Assembly (NCBI RefSeq): GCF_024521635.1 | Contig: NW_026250420.1 | Coordinates: 1 to 64,000 of the forward strand | DNA from: Tricharina praecox | Taxonomy: Eukaryota | Reading direction: 5' to 3' | DNA: 64,000 bases | In this document: positions 62,657-64,000 of the stretch, piece after piece | Numbering within the stretch: the stretch's first letter is position 1 | Layout of the letters: every line of letters begins with the position of its first letter | Made by a program: the position numbers and the translations under genes | The notes under the pieces: model-generated | What the model was told of the DNA's origin: nothing | The model's input: only the letters and a program-made list of their open reading frames with translations | The model's database searches: none

Positions 62657-64000
62657 ATGGCAGATCGACCGCGACCGCGATGGCTACCATCGTCTGAAAC
62701 AGCACCGGAGAGTATCCAGTCACCTTCGGGTTCGGGTATGTCATTTCTGTTGTGATCCGTCCGCGATGCAAACCCGTGCATAAGCTGATATTCAAGCAGT
62801 GAGATACATTACCACAGCTAAACGCCCGTCTGGCGGCTCTAGGCTCCAGACAACTAGACCCCCCGCTGCGGACAGTAATCTGGACAAATCCACATTTTCA
62901 ATGTTCACTGTCAAGATCCCGCATAAAGGACATGGAGGTTCGAGCCAGAAGAAGACTTCCTCAAACAAAGACCACCGCACCCATCCTAACGGCGGATTAT
63001 CTCCTAACAACAAGTATGCGTTTGAAGATATGGCGAAGACCGATATTGGAGATACTCGCTCACAAGCTCGGGCCAGTTCAAGTAAGAATACGGAAAAGAA
63101 ACACCTTGCCATGAAGACCCCCCCCAGCAACATCAAGCACTATGTGTTTGTAGATGTTCTTCCCGAAAATAACGACAAAATTTTTGATTCCCGCGATGCT
63201 TCACTGGGAAGTCAGCCCCGATACATGTGGCACCAGCAACAAGCGGGCCGCAGTAAGCGACCAAGGGCCGAAGATCCAGTAGAGGTGCCCAGCGAGGAGG
63301 AGTCGGATGGTCCAGGTTCTACCAGATACGAGACACCAATGAGGCGCACAGATGTGGGTGCCGGATATGATCTCCGGGTGGGGCCGCCGCCAACGAAGGC
63401 GAAGAAGCCGTGCTTGACGATGCCTGAGAAACCACCCTCTGCTGCTACGGTTGCTGCCGAACAAGTCTGGAGAGACAGATCCGAAGCCGTGACTCCTACA
63501 CCTGCTGGTAGATATTATGACACAGCCCCCCGTCCGCCGGCTTCAAATGGTCCATGGAGGACCCTCTGCATGCAGGATATCAGGCCCGATGGATACGTGA
63601 GCGACAAGGTGCCGAAAATGGTATATGCGGAGGTTTGTGCACTGTACCGTGCCGAGGTTGCTGCCGCCGCTTCCGCCACTGCTGCCGCCGTTCCCGCAAG
63701 GAGAACCCCCACCATCTCCGATCCGATGCCCCAAGGGGATGTTCGTGACAGGTCGACCGCGTCGACGCCTACGGGCAGTGAGGCTGCTATTTCTAACACC
63801 ATCGCCATTGGTGCTCGTTCTGGTGTTCCCGCTTCTTCTAGCGCCGACGCCTCTTCCCCCGCAAGAAGGGCTCCTATGTTCATCGACCTGACGCTGGACG
63901 ATAGCGAGGAGGAGGAGGAGGAGGTTGCAGCTCCGGCTAGCAACCCTCCCTGGGCCACTATGGACATCATTGAGATTTTCAACGCTGCCATGAGGGAGGC
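62657..64000 (+). CDS. Orphan, largely disordered protein running off the window end (exons 62657-62735, 62800->64000)
   Basis: ACCATGG start, GTATGT..GCTGAT..CAG phase-1 intron, then about 400 codons without a stop. Absent from the ORF track because it has no stop codon in the window. Confidence 0.7.

Overview
This is intron-containing filamentous ascomycete DNA (GT-AG introns with CTRAC/CTRAT branch points; the gene content suggests Pezizomycotina, perhaps Pezizomycetes, which is inference). From left to right it holds: a nest of LTR-retrotransposon relics (1-2.9 kb); an ACS/Tna1-type MFS transporter; two convergent intron-containing tRNA-Ser(GCT) genes; an alpha/beta hydrolase; a decayed tandem array of about 5-6 paralogues of an unrecognised gene (18.6-23.7 kb); and an orphan gene whose two introns resemble each other. 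The most striking part is a four-gene block at 28.2-37.8 kb: a 57-aa three-exon microprotein, a CorA-like two-TM protein, a protein kinase fused to a vWA domain with a degenerate MIDAS site, and a convergent HeLo-like/NACHT/ankyrin NLR. This block may be an immune or allorecognition module. It is followed by conserved genes (Sim3/NASP and DPB2 sharing an MCB-containing promoter, an HSL-type esterase, ORC4, and a C2H2 + Zn2Cys6 transcription factor), then about 10 kb poor in genes. Two LINE fragments appear to end in oligo(C) rather than poly(A), and an orphan ORF runs off the right edge. All exon boundaries were worked out by eye and no database searches were run.
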